The position numbers and the translations under genes are program-made. A DNA stretch of 64,000 nucleotides, taken from Candidatus Bathyarchaeota archaeon. Lineage in GTDB: Archaea > Thermoproteota > Bathyarchaeia > Bathyarchaeales > Bathycorpusculaceae. Position 1 is the stretch's first letter, and each line of letters opens with the position of its first letter. The stretch is taken from contig CAWGYA010000008.1 of assembly GCA_963826715.1 (NCBI GenBank), positions 736,001-800,000 of the forward strand, written 5' to 3'. The notes beneath the pieces were generated by a model, which made no database searches, had not been told where the DNA came from, and saw only the letters and a list, made by a program, of their open reading frames with translations. Positions 19,564 through 29,720 of the stretch are shown here, one piece after another.

Positions 19564-19587
19564 ATTTTATTCCTCCTAAAAAGGTTG

Positions 19588-20886
19588 TCAAAGCTCGGCT
19601 GAGGCTTTAAGTGCCTGGTCTAAGTCTTTAATGATGTCTTCGACGTCCTCAATACCTATTGATAGGCGGAGATAGTCTGCGGTAACGCCTGTAGTTGCTT
19701 GCTCCTCTACAGTTAACTGTTGATGTGTAGTGGAGGCGGGATGAATTATAAGACTTTTAGTGTCGCCGATGTTTGCCAAATGCGAAAATAACTTCACTGA
19801 TTGGATTACCCGCTTTCCTGCTTCCAATCCACCTTTGACGCCGAATCCCACGATGCCCCCGTATTTGCCTTCGAGATATTTCTCGGCGAGCTTATGGCTT
19901 GAGTGATTAGGCAGTCCGGGGTAGTTGACCCAGTTGACCAGAGGATTAGCCGAGAGGAACTCGGCGACTTTGAGAGCGTTCTCGCTGTGTTTGCGTTGCC
20001 TAAGAGGCAGAGTTTCCAATCCCTGTATGAATAAAAAGGCGTTAAAGGGACTCAGAGCTGGTCCAAGATCGCGAAGAAGTTGCACCCGAGCCTTGAAAGC
20101 AAAAGCGACGTTACCTAAGACTGGAAAGTTGCCGAATGCCTCCCAGTATCTAATACCGTGATAAGCGGGGTCTGGTTCGGTGAACTCTGGAAATTTACCA
20201 TTGTTCCAGCAGAATTTGCCGCCATCTATTATGATCCCCCCGATGCTTGTGCCGTGTCCGCAAATGTACTTGGTTGCTGAGAGAACAGTTATGTCTGCAC
20301 CGTACTCGATGGGTGCCACTAACCCTACGCCAACGGTGTTGTCAACAACAAATGGGACCCCAGCCTCATGGGCAATTGCGGCTATAGCTTGAAAATCAGG
20401 GACATCGAGTTTAGGGTTGCCTATGGTTTCGGCGTATACTGCCCGGGTTTTGTCTGTTATAGCTTTTTTGAATTCTTCAATTTTAGATGAATCTACGAAA
20501 ACCACCTTCCTGCCCAGTTTGGGAAAGGTATAGTGGAAAAGCTCGTAGGTGCCACCGTAAAGGTTGTTGGCGGAAACAATTTCGTCACCTACTCGCGTGG
20601 ATGTTAGAAGCGCCAACGTAATGGCTGCTTGACCCGACGCCACAGCTACCCCCGCGGAACCTCCTTCAATGGCTGCAACCCGCCTCTCAAAAACATCAAG
20701 GGTGGGATTGCCCAATCGTGTGTAAATATTGCCTAATTCTTTGAGTGCGAAGAGGTTTGCTGCGTGCTGAGGGCTTTTAAAAACGAAAGAGGATGTTTGG
20801 TAAATTGGGACAGCTCGAGCGCCTGTTGAGGGATCGGCTGTTTCTTGTCCCGCATGGACGGCGATGGTGTCTAATTTTTTTGGCAT
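19588..20886 (-). CDS. metY: O-acetylhomoserine aminocarboxypropyltransferase (sulfhydrylase)
   Basis: '[12 protein letters not shown]', 'YTRLGNPT', '[15 protein letters not shown]', '[21 protein letters not shown]'. Confidence 0.93.
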   Translation of the reverse strand: MPKKLDTIAVHAGQETADPSTGARAVPIYQTSSFVFKSPQHAANLFALKELGNIYTRLGNPTLDVFERRVAAIEGGSAGVAVASGQAAITLALLTSTRVGDEIVSANNLYGGTYELFHYTFPKLGRKVVFVDSSKIEEFKKAITDKTRAVYAETIGNPKLDVPDFQAIAAIAHEAGVPFVVDNTVGVGLVAPIEYGADITVLSATKYICGHGTSIGGIIIDGGKFCWNNGKFPEFTEPDPAYHGIRYWEAFGNFPVLGNVAFAFKARVQLLRDLGPALSPFNAFLFIQGLETLPLRQRKHSENALKVAEFLSANPLVNWVNYPGLPNHSSHKLAEKYLEGKYGGIVGFGVKGGLEAGKRVIQSVKLFSHLANIGDTKSLIIHPASTTHQQLTVEEQATTGVTADYLRLSIGIEDVEDIIKDLDQALKASAEL

Positions 20887-20918
20887 AGTTTAAAGCTCCT
20901 GTACTACAATGTCTATCG

Positions 20919-20931
20919 ATAACGGTGTTAT
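20919..20931. promoter_or_regulatory. Palindromic operator ATAAC-GGT-GTTAT upstream of metY
   Basis: Perfect 5-3-5 palindrome about 33 nt upstream of the metY ATG. In gene orientation it reads TATAACACCGTTAT, 13/14 identical to the cysK site. Confidence 0.7.
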
Positions 20932-20987
20932 ATCCATTTTTGCAAAAAATATTCCAAACAGAATAAAACAACGAAAAGATATGACCG

Positions 20988-21347
20988 TTAAATGTAGTAC
21001 TCAGGCTTAGGACTATTGACCTCAACACTTTTCCCACAGAAAGAAGAGCAAAGCCGACAAAAATCAACAGTAATCTCCTCCGCACTGATTTTCTCACTCG
21101 CCAGCCTCAGTGCAGTTTCATTCGCCAATGTCTGAATTTTCGGCAGAAACTCCTCCACCTGCTCCATCCCTTTAAGGGCACGTTTAGAACTAAGATACTG
21201 ACTGACGGCTGCTTGGGTAGTGCCTAGTTTCTTTGCAGCTTCCGTCTGGGAAAGATGATGTTTCTGAACTAACTCTTTGGCTATCATTGACCTGAAAACG
21301 GGGAGAACATATTTCCCTATTAATTCGCATTGGGGGTCCATTGGCAT
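20988..21347 (-). CDS. HTH transcriptional regulator (COG2522-like) with Cys-rich C-terminus
   Basis: 'PQCELIGKYVLPVFRSMIAKELV..LSQTEAAKKLGTTQAAVSQYLSSKR' and 'FCRLCSSFC'. Start is ATG 21347 or 21341. Confidence 0.85.
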   Translation of the reverse strand: MPMDPQCELIGKYVLPVFRSMIAKELVQKHHLSQTEAAKKLGTTQAAVSQYLSSKRALKGMEQVEEFLPKIQTLANETALRLASEKISAEEITVDFCRLCSSFCGKSVEVNSPKPEYYI

Positions 21348-21355
21348 CGTTTGAT

Positions 21356-21368
21356 ATAACAGCATTAT
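21356..21368. promoter_or_regulatory. Operator variant ATAAC-AGC-ATTAT upstream of the COG2522-like regulator
   Basis: One mismatch to the metY/cysK palindrome, about 9 nt upstream of the regulator ATG. Confidence 0.55.
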
Positions 21369-21479
21369 ACCTAATATTGCTTTTCCGAGTTCTATCTTTG
21401 GCTGAGTGAGGAAACTTTTTTGTTTTTTCAGCTTTTTATTCCAAAAATAATATTACTCTACATATCACATTCTAAACGT

Positions 21480-22034
21480 ATGTTCCCAACGCTCGAAGAT
21501 ATCGCTAAACGTCGCCGACTTCTCGGCCTAAAACAATCCGAACTCGCAAAAGCTGCAGGTGTAAGCCAATCTTTGATTGCCAAGCTTGAAGCAGGAACCA
21601 TTGACTCCTCCTATTCCAAAGTCAAAACCATCTTCGACGTGTTAGAGAGATTGGAATTCAAAACCAAAATCCAAGTCGAAAAACTTCTCCACCACGAAGT
21701 TATAAGCGTACAGAAAACCTCACCCATTTCAGAAGTTGTTAGTGTTATGAAAGAACATGGTATCTCACAGATGCCTGTTTTCGATGGCAAACAATCGGTT
21801 GGCAGCATTTCTGAGAAGGCGATTCTGCATCAGATTTTGGCTGGACAGGCTTTAGAGGAAATTTCGAGGCAACCGACTGAAAGAATCATGGAGGAGGCTT
21901 TTCCCCAGATTGATGAGGAGGCCCCGCTTTCGCTAATTTCTAGTTTGTTACAGACTTACCCGGCAGTTTTGGTTTCCAGAAAAGGCGAAATCATTGGCAT
22001 TATCACTAAAGCTGATTTGCTGCGGATGCTTTGA
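21480..22034 (+). CDS. XRE-type HTH plus CBS-pair transcriptional regulator (COG3620-like)
   Basis: 'IAKRRRLLGLKQSELAKAAGVSQSLIAKLEAG' followed by two CBS repeats ('ISQMPV', 'GIITKADLL'). Confidence 0.9.
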   Translation: MFPTLEDIAKRRRLLGLKQSELAKAAGVSQSLIAKLEAGTIDSSYSKVKTIFDVLERLEFKTKIQVEKLLHHEVISVQKTSPISEVVSVMKEHGISQMPVFDGKQSVGSISEKAILHQILAGQALEEISRQPTERIMEEAFPQIDEEAPLSLISSLLQTYPAVLVSRKGEIIGIITKADLLRML

Positions 22035-22152
22035 GGGCACTTTTTAAGTAGAGGTTTGACTTCTGGTTGATAGGATGCGCAGGCTTTGAGAGGTTAGGAG
22101 CTTTAGTTTCTAGCTTCTCATTGGTAAGTAAGAGGCTTTAAACTACGACACC

Positions 22153-22173
22153 CTTAAATTATAACACTGTTAT
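22153..22173 (+). promoter_or_regulatory. TATA-like box (CTTAAATT) abutting operator ATAAC-ACT-GTTAT upstream of cysK
   Basis: Perfect palindrome at 22161-22173 directly after a TATA-like element about 30 nt before the ATG. CTTAAAT recurs at similar spacing at 1990, 28130 and 61595. Confidence 0.7.
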
Positions 22174-22190
22174 GAGAAGCGTGGATTAAA

Positions 22191-23114
22191 ATGAAAATAA
22201 ACAACAACGTGTTAGAAACCATTGGCAAATCACCACTCATACGCCTAAACAAACTAACCAAAGGGTTAGATGCCACCGTTATTGCCAAACAGGAATCTCG
22301 AAACCCAGGGGGAAGTGTCAAAGACCGAGTTTGCCTCAGCATGATAACTGAAGCAGAAAAACAGGGCATATTAAAACCCGGGGCAACACTTATCGAACCC
22401 ACCTCAGGCAACACAGGAATCGGCTTAGCAATGGTCGCCGCCGTTAAAGGTTACAAACTTATACTAACAATGCCCGAAACAATGAGTATTGAACGCCGGA
22501 CGCTCCTCAAAGCTTACGGCGCACAATTAATCCTAACACCCGGACCCGAAGGTATGGGCGGTGCTATCCAAAAAGCGGAAGAAATACACGCCAGAACAGC
22601 CAATAGCTATATGCCCCAGCAATTCAGAAACCTCGCTAACCCAAAAGTACACCGAGAAACAACTGGACCCGAAATTTGGGAAGGTACCGATGGTAAAGTT
22701 GACATTGTAGTGGCTGGTGTGGGCACAGGTGGAACCATAACCGGGGTAGCCCAATACATCAAACCGCTAAAGCCAGAGTTTAAGGCCGTGGCGGTAGAAC
22801 CAACAGGTTCGCCTGTGCTTAGTGGCGGCCAGAAAGGTCCTCACAAAATCCAAGGTATAGGCGCAGGCTTCAAACCAGATGTGCTGCAGATGAGCTTAGT
22901 TGATGAGGTTGTTAAGGTATCTGATGATGCTGCATTTGAAACGGCGAGACTGTTGGCGGAGAATGAAGGCTTGCTTGTGGGCATTTCGTCAGGCGCGGCA
23001 ACCTACGCAGCGATAGAAGTGGCTAAGCGACCTGAAAACAAAGGCAAACTAATTGTGGTTATCCTCCCCGATACAGGCGAACGTTATCTTAGCACACCAT
23101 TATTTCAGAAATAA
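22191..23114 (+). CDS. cysK: Cysteine synthase A
   Basis: 'NPGGSVKDR', '[12 protein letters not shown]', 'GVGTGGT', '[11 protein letters not shown]', '[10 protein letters not shown]'. Confidence 0.95.
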   Translation: MKINNNVLETIGKSPLIRLNKLTKGLDATVIAKQESRNPGGSVKDRVCLSMITEAEKQGILKPGATLIEPTSGNTGIGLAMVAAVKGYKLILTMPETMSIERRTLLKAYGAQLILTPGPEGMGGAIQKAEEIHARTANSYMPQQFRNLANPKVHRETTGPEIWEGTDGKVDIVVAGVGTGGTITGVAQYIKPLKPEFKAVAVEPTGSPVLSGGQKGPHKIQGIGAGFKPDVLQMSLVDEVVKVSDDAAFETARLLAENEGLLVGISSGAATYAAIEVAKRPENKGKLIVVILPDTGERYLSTPLFQK

Positions 23115-23189
23115 TCTAAATTATCTTTTGGTCTTCAGGATACGCTCCTCTTATATTCCCCGCCTACAATATTGAGGGAAGATAGAAAC

Positions 23190-24257
23190 ATGAGTTCAAA
23201 CGCAAATCCGCCTAGCTCAAAAGACTGCAAAGAATGTAAAGAAAGACACTTGGAGGATGCAGACTGCTGGAACCCTGACCGAATGATAGACACCCTAATG
23301 CGCAACAACTCTGACGTTGAACAAGACTGGGTTATCAAAGGGCTGCCGAAGATAGTTGACGAAGTGATGGTTACTTATGAGAAATTCGGTGGTATGGACC
23401 ACCTGGAGGGACGCGATTTGCCTTCCAAAAAAGTTGTAATCGACGTGCTTGAAGACTTATTTATGATTCTTTTCCCTGGTTATTTGGGTGATTCAGAACT
23501 CACAAAAGCGAACATAAAATATCACTTAGGTACCAAATTAACCTCCGTCTATACCCGCCTCACCAATGAGGTTGAGAAAAGCCTCAAGTATATATGCAGA
23601 AAAATCAGCGAATGCCCCCAAGATATCTGCCAGAAACGGGCTCATGTTGTTGCACGTGAATTGCTTGAGAAGTTACCATCTATCCGCGCGGAACTAAGTG
23701 GTGACATCCAAGCTGCCTACAGTGGCGACCCTGCGGCTGTTAGCAACGAAGAAGTTATCTTAAGTTACCCCTGCGTAATGGCAATAACCACCTACCGCTT
23801 AGCCCATGAACTTTACCTGAACGGTGTGCCTATGATTCCAAGGATTATGAGCGAGCATGTGCATTCACTAACTGGCATCGATATTCATCCAGGTGCAAAA
23901 ATCGGCAAAAACTTCTTCATTGACCACGGTACAGGTGTCGTTATCGGTGAAACAGCTGAAATCGGAAACAACGTTAAACTCTACCAAGGCGTTACTTTAG
24001 GCGCGCTAAGTTTCCCCAAAGACGAGAAGGGAAATATAATCAAAGGACGTAAACGCCACCCAACAGTCGGCAACAATGTTGTCATCTACTCTGGTGCAAC
24101 ATTGCTGGGCGCAGAAACAGTTGTTGGCGACAACGTGATTATCGGCGGAAATGTTTGGTTGACGGGTCCTGTGGCTTCAGGAACAAAAATCACGATCGCA
24201 GCTCCTGAACAGAAATACAAGCTGGAGAACCATCAAATGAGCAAACCAAACGCTTAG
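23190..24257 (+). CDS. cysE: Serine O-acetyltransferase (EpsC/CysE type)
   Basis: 'GDPAA..EEVILSYP', 'GIDIHPGAKIG..FFIDHGTGVVIGET', 'YQGVTLG', 'KRHPT'. Confidence 0.93.
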   Translation: MSSNANPPSSKDCKECKERHLEDADCWNPDRMIDTLMRNNSDVEQDWVIKGLPKIVDEVMVTYEKFGGMDHLEGRDLPSKKVVIDVLEDLFMILFPGYLGDSELTKANIKYHLGTKLTSVYTRLTNEVEKSLKYICRKISECPQDICQKRAHVVARELLEKLPSIRAELSGDIQAAYSGDPAAVSNEEVILSYPCVMAITTYRLAHELYLNGVPMIPRIMSEHVHSLTGIDIHPGAKIGKNFFIDHGTGVVIGETAEIGNNVKLYQGVTLGALSFPKDEKGNIIKGRKRHPTVGNNVVIYSGATLLGAETVVGDNVIIGGNVWLTGPVASGTKITIAAPEQKYKLENHQMSKPNA

Positions 24258-24554
24258 TCTTCACCTGTTGATTCTACAACTTTTCGGTTTATTTGAAAAT
24301 CGTGGATGCTGTGGTCTAACCTTCAACATGATTGTTTTAATAATCAAGTGAAAAATTACCGGTTTTATTTACGCCTACAAGGTGAAAGCTTTTTGGGTGA
24401 AGAGCTTTACTGAGGCTCTGGCAAATTATAGGAGAAAAGACAAATGCAAACTATGGCTATATGAACGATTGCCAGAACCTTCTCAGTGCAATCTTTTCAC
24501 CTATTCTTTTTGAATCAAACTAAAAAAGGGGAAAGATTTTTTTGATTGATGTTT

Positions 24555-27161
24555 TTATGGACGTTTCCTTAGAAGCAATAGAGCCAGAATTACACCGACT
24601 ATTGCTATAGTTGCTATGATACCTGCTACTGCTGGAATGAAGTATGCGTCAGTCATCGATTCTGTCGAAGCTTCAGTTGGTGCTGGCGTTGGTGATTCGT
24701 CAACAGCAAAAGCGGTTTCAGCGTGCGAAGGCCAATAACCTTCACTGCCTGCAAAGGTTGCCATAACGGTGTATTTTCCTGAAATATCTGGTTTCCAGTG
24801 GAAGCTGTATGCTCCATTTGCATCACTATTGGTTGTACCTATGTTTCTATAGTTGCCATTTGAGTCAATGACGTCGATTGATACTTCAACACCTGTTGCA
24901 TTAGTTGGTCTCAGTTTTTGCATGTATACGTACTCCATCCATGCTGCCATACTGTCCTCAGAGACACATGGAACACCATTTGGAAATCGCATAGCTTGTT
25001 CATGTTGACGTGTGCCGGCTGAAATATCCATGACAGTGCCTGTGATAACTAGGCTTTGATCAGTTGTAATAGCAGCTTTAGGGGCTTCAACCGTCATAGT
25101 GGTCGGTCCTTTTGCGACTGCATAAACTTGGTGGTCATAGTTGTTCCAGTAAATCAATGTACCATCAGCAACTGCAAATGTGTAGGGATGAGCCCAACCG
25201 TACATAGTCCAGACTTCTTCGCCTGTGGTAACGTTCAATGCACGAACTTTGTTTCCTTTGAATAGTGGCGTATCTGCAGAGTGCTCATGTGTACCAACAA
25301 AGATTTTTCCATCAGCGACAGTTCCCAGCATCAAAGTGAAGTATGGGAACACTGTTCTGCCCGTGTAATCTTCGTATCGCCATTGCAATTCACCCGTGGT
25401 TAGGTTATAGCAGTGTACTGCCCCAGTGTAGCCTCCAGTGAATAACTGACCGTTAGCGATAGCTGTTGATTCTGTGTGAATTAGGCTTGGGAAGCTGTAG
25501 TAGCCAAATGGGTTAAATTCTGCTTCAGGTGGATCGGTTTCCCAAAGTTTGTTGCCTGTCTTAGTATCGTATCCTATCCATTGTCGTTCAAAAAGTTTCA
25601 CAAAGACCGCTACTCCTTCGCCGACTCGTTCCATCATAATTTCCCCGCCGTCAGGGGGGCTTGGAATTGTATCGATGTTTTTCATGTACAGCAATTGACC
25701 TTCACTTCCAGGCTGTAGACTGCACGCCCAGATAGTGACGGGACTCGGATAGTCAAAGCGTGGACCGCCAGTTCCTATAGGGTGGCTGCCGTTTCTGCCA
25801 AACAGATATTCGCCAAGTACAACTTCTTGTACGCTTATGCTAGACATTCCTTCACTCCATGGAGTTGAAACGTTAAAGTTAAAGTCCGTGGGGTTATTTG
25901 CTGTTTGTATTCCACTTTCAGAGTCGTCAAAGACTTTGCTTGAGTTCCATTGATACATGTAGCCATTGCTGCCAACTTGGGTTCGGATATGTTCACCTTG
26001 TGGAGCGCGAACCTCAAAACCAGAGGGAACACCAGTCAAATTAAGTTGACCTACTGTTCCATAGCGTGGGTGAATTGATGTCGCGAAGTTATTTGAGAAT
26101 AGCCAGCCAGGAGTGACAACGCCGTGGTTATTCATATTATCTAAGTCATAGTAGTAGCCGAAAGCAGGTTCAATACTGTTGCCCACTAAGTTAGGATCTT
26201 CCCAGATTGTTTCACCTGTCTTTAAGTCGACGCAAATCCAACCGCCGTTACCGCCAGCCCATGTAACTGGGAGTTCGTAATAGAGTCTTCCCCACATGAT
26301 TATGGGGTTAGTGAAGCGGGTCTGATATTGGTGGCCAGCATTGAAAACTTCTCCGGGTACTGAGAAATCGTTACCTCCAACTAAACCGCCGTCTTCTGTA
26401 ATTTTTGTCCATAGGATGTGTGCGCTGTTAGGTGCGATGCCATCTCTTTGGAATTGGTTACCTGAACCGTAAAGGTCATTGTCGCCGGGACCGCTGAGAT
26501 AATTGCTAGCAATTTCGTACCATCCAGTGTTTGTTCCTTCAATCGGGCGTGCCCAGTATTCTGTCGGTAAAGGTTGATGTGTCCAGCCGGTTGGTAAGAC
26601 CTGCTCTTCTTGGACAACTAGGGTTTTTGTGTAAGAGGCGCTGTTATAAGTGACACCGTAATAATTGCGTTCAGTGCTTGTTCCATTCCATCTGTAGAGC
26701 AATTCAAGGAAATTCACTGTAATGGTATAATTTCCAATTTCTGACGGAGTGTATAGCGTGTATGCCGTGCCAGTGGAGTCAGATTCTATAGGTCCAATAG
26801 TCTTTTTTACACCATTGGGGTCAGTTACGTCAACTGTGTAATGATATCTGATGTCATTAGTAGCGGAGGCACCGTTAGGTTGCTGAGGCATAAACAACAC
26901 GAATGAAACTTGTTGTCCGACGCCGACTGGGTTAGGGGACATAACCATATACACTTGAGTGGGAATATGGTCTTGATACCGCTCCCAGAGCAAAAGTCTA
27001 AGGTTTGAGGCATCCTGAGCTAAATCATAATTCATGCCCGCATCGATAGCATCTTGAGTAGACTGGTTATATGCCGTAGTGAAAGGAATTGATGTGATGA
27101 TGCTCAATATTAGAAGCATAGATATCGTGGTAGCTATAGTTTTTGTTTTAGATATTTTCAA
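24555..27161 (-). CDS. Secreted, membrane-anchored PQQ-like beta-propeller protein
   Basis: Signal peptide after TTG 27161, repeated 'xDxxTGxxxW' blades, Ig-like flanks, a PTPAPT linker, a C-terminal TM helix and 'RKRP'. Confidence 0.85.
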   Translation of the reverse strand: MKISKTKTIATTISMLLILSIITSIPFTTAYNQSTQDAIDAGMNYDLAQDASNLRLLLWERYQDHIPTQVYMVMSPNPVGVGQQVSFVLFMPQQPNGASATNDIRYHYTVDVTDPNGVKKTIGPIESDSTGTAYTLYTPSEIGNYTITVNFLELLYRWNGTSTERNYYGVTYNSASYTKTLVVQEEQVLPTGWTHQPLPTEYWARPIEGTNTGWYEIASNYLSGPGDNDLYGSGNQFQRDGIAPNSAHILWTKITEDGGLVGGNDFSVPGEVFNAGHQYQTRFTNPIIMWGRLYYELPVTWAGGNGGWICVDLKTGETIWEDPNLVGNSIEPAFGYYYDLDNMNNHGVVTPGWLFSNNFATSIHPRYGTVGQLNLTGVPSGFEVRAPQGEHIRTQVGSNGYMYQWNSSKVFDDSESGIQTANNPTDFNFNVSTPWSEGMSSISVQEVVLGEYLFGRNGSHPIGTGGPRFDYPSPVTIWACSLQPGSEGQLLYMKNIDTIPSPPDGGEIMMERVGEGVAVFVKLFERQWIGYDTKTGNKLWETDPPEAEFNPFGYYSFPSLIHTESTAIANGQLFTGGYTGAVHCYNLTTGELQWRYEDYTGRTVFPYFTLMLGTVADGKIFVGTHEHSADTPLFKGNKVRALNVTTGEEVWTMYGWAHPYTFAVADGTLIYWNNYDHQVYAVAKGPTTMTVEAPKAAITTDQSLVITGTVMDISAGTRQHEQAMRFPNGVPCVSEDSMAAWMEYVYMQKLRPTNATGVEVSIDVIDSNGNYRNIGTTNSDANGAYSFHWKPDISGKYTVMATFAGSEGYWPSHAETAFAVDESPTPAPTEASTESMTDAYFIPAVAGIIATIAIVGVILALLLLRKRP

Positions 27162-27516
27162 ATTTATCTCTCTTATTATTTTATTTTTTTGAACAATAAG
27201 GTCTATCTCATTGCTCAGCAAATACCACTTTTCTATGCTAGATGTATATATAATTTTGTAATATCCTATTAGCTTAATTTTTTAAATATTTTAATTTAAA
27301 AAGACTTATTATTATCGGCTCAAAAACATCTATATACTGTTTGAGTGTTCCTGAAATCTAATGATCTTTAAAAAAACGCATTTCTGACTAGACATACGTA
27401 TTTTTGCCCACTAATATTGGGAACGACTAACTCACCGAGTATTTTCAAATTAAAAAGAAAGTTGCTTTAGTGAGGTAGCGTTTTTGAAATGCTATTCGCA
27501 AAATTATTTTAGCTTC

Positions 27517-27960
27517 TTATAGGAGGCGGAATTTTTCTTTTACAGTTGTAAGTACGACATGTGTGTTAGTGCGTTCTATGTAGGGCAGTGCAAGCAAGCG
27601 TTTAGTAAAAATTCCGAGGTCTTCACGGCTCTTGAATTTCGCAATTATAACGGCGTCCGTTAACCCTGTAACATCGTAAACTGCGCATACGCTGGGGAAT
27701 TTAGCGATTTCACTCTCAGTTTCAACGAGTCTGCCCTTTGAAACCGAGATTTCTGTCACCACCGTAAGCTGGAAGCCGAGTTTTTCGTGGTCAAGTATAA
27801 CTGAGTAACCCTTGATTAGACCTTCGTCTTCCATTTTTTTTATCCTCGAAAGGACAGTGCCCACAGATACACCGACATTCTTGGCGATTTGGCGACTGGA
27901 GAACCTTGCGTCCTCTAGAAGTCCTTTGAGGATTTTGACGTCTGTATCATTTAATTCCAT
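27517..27960 (-). CDS. Lrp/AsnC family transcriptional regulator
   Basis: 'TDVKILKGLLEDARFSSRQIAKNVGVSVGTVLSRIKKMEDEGLIKGY' and RAM domain 'YDVTGLTD'. Confidence 0.93.
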   Translation of the reverse strand: MELNDTDVKILKGLLEDARFSSRQIAKNVGVSVGTVLSRIKKMEDEGLIKGYSVILDHEKLGFQLTVVTEISVSKGRLVETESEIAKFPSVCAVYDVTGLTDAVIIAKFKSREDLGIFTKRLLALPYIERTNTHVVLTTVKEKFRLL

Positions 27961-28169
27961 AACAATTCTCTCTGCACATTTTTTCAGTTAAACCTTATTT
28001 TTTGAGACGTACTTCTAGTAATCAAACAGTTAAGTTTATAAAAGTTTACTTTTTTCAGATGAGTCCTCATGAAGATTGGAACACTATATATTGTGACAAG
28101 TTTGCTTTTTACACAAAACTGACAGGAATCTTAAATTACACCATAAACCCAGATAGTTCTGAGCCTAAA

Positions 28170-29720
28170 ATGCCAACTAAATACGACACCATTCTTGTCC
28201 TGGACTTCGGTGGGCAATACTGCCACCTCATTGGAAGAAGAATTCGTGAGCATGGCGTTTACTCTGAAATCGTGCCCCATGACATCTCGCCTGAAGAAGT
28301 GGCGGCACTAAACGAGAAGTTAAACGTTAAAGGCTTAATCTTCTCCGGTGGTCCGTCAAGTGTGTATGAACCAAATGCGCCTAAACTTCATCCACGCATC
28401 TTAGACGTCAACTTGCCAATTCTTGGATTATGTTATGGTCATCAGTTACTAGCACAGATAGTCAGAGGCAAAGTGGAACCTGCCTCCTGCAAAGAATATG
28501 GTATCGCACAAGTTACAATTGACAAGCCAGTCGGTATCCTTGAGGGCTTAGGCGAGAATGAGCAGGTTTGGATGAGCCATGGTGATACTGTAATGGCTCC
28601 GCCGCCAGACTTTGAAGCCCTTGCACACACCGATAACTGTCCCGTAGCAGCCTTCCGTCACAAAACCCGCCCCATCTACGGTTTGCAGTGGCACCCTGAA
28701 GTTATCCACACTGAGCATGGTATGCGAATGTTGGAGAACTTTGTTTTCCAAGTTTGTAGAGCAGAGGCGAATTGGCAGATGGAAGACCTAATTGGAAAGA
28801 TGATCAAGGAACTCCAGACTGAAACCGACGGTGCCTGTGCCATAATAGGATTAAGCGGTGGTATAGACTCCAGTGTCGCTACTGCCATAGGGGCGAAGGC
28901 TCTGGGTGAAAAATTAACAGCGGTCTACGTTGATCATGGTTTTATGCGAGAAGGCGAAACTGAAGCCATACGGCAGGCATTTGGAAAATTTGAAATAAAC
29001 TTCATAGTTGCTGACGCACAGGAACGCTTCATGAACAGGCTTCGAGGTGTCACTGAACCTGAGACTAAACGCAAAATCATGGGTGAAGAATTCATACGTG
29101 TCTTTGAGGAAATCGCAGCCCAATCCGGTGCTGAATACCTTATTCAGGGGACCATCTACCCTGACCGAATTGAATCGGGTTTCCGAAAAAACTCAGATAA
29201 AATCAAGTCTCATCATAATGTGGCTGGGTTGCCTGAGAAAATCAAGTTCAAAAAAATCCTTGAGCCACTACGTGATCTCTACAAAGATGAAGTCCGCAAA
29301 CTCGGACGCATGCTGGATTTGCCCAAAGAAATCGTCAACCGTCAACCCTTCCCTGGACCCGGTTTAGCAGTGCGCATTATTGGTCCATTGACAGATGAGA
29401 AGGTTTGGATTGCTAAAAAATCCGATAAAATTGTTCGCGAAGAAATCGAGCATTGTGACCTCGCAGAGAATCTCTGGCAGTACTTCTCCGTAGTTACCGA
29501 TACCAAAGCTACAGGTGTGAAGGGGGATGCGAGGGCTTATGGCTACGTGGTTGCTGTGCGCGTGATGGAAAGCCGAGAAGCCATGACTGCAAGCTTTGCC
29601 AAATTGCCTTATGGACTTCTGGAGAGGATGTCCACGCGAATAACTAACGAGATTCCGCAGGTAACCCGCGTGGTGTATGATGTCACGCACAAGCCACCCG
29701 CGACAATAGAATGGGAATAA
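28170..29720 (+). CDS. guaA: GMP synthase (fused glutaminase and synthetase)
   Basis: 'LDFGGQY', 'GLCYGHQL', 'QWHPEV', 'LSGGIDSSV', 'IKSHHNV', 'KPPATIEWE'. Confidence 0.96.
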   Translation: MPTKYDTILVLDFGGQYCHLIGRRIREHGVYSEIVPHDISPEEVAALNEKLNVKGLIFSGGPSSVYEPNAPKLHPRILDVNLPILGLCYGHQLLAQIVRGKVEPASCKEYGIAQVTIDKPVGILEGLGENEQVWMSHGDTVMAPPPDFEALAHTDNCPVAAFRHKTRPIYGLQWHPEVIHTEHGMRMLENFVFQVCRAEANWQMEDLIGKMIKELQTETDGACAIIGLSGGIDSSVATAIGAKALGEKLTAVYVDHGFMREGETEAIRQAFGKFEINFIVADAQERFMNRLRGVTEPETKRKIMGEEFIRVFEEIAAQSGAEYLIQGTIYPDRIESGFRKNSDKIKSHHNVAGLPEKIKFKKILEPLRDLYKDEVRKLGRMLDLPKEIVNRQPFPGPGLAVRIIGPLTDEKVWIAKKSDKIVREEIEHCDLAENLWQYFSVVTDTKATGVKGDARAYGYVVAVRVMESREAMTASFAKLPYGLLERMSTRITNEIPQVTRVVYDVTHKPPATIEWE

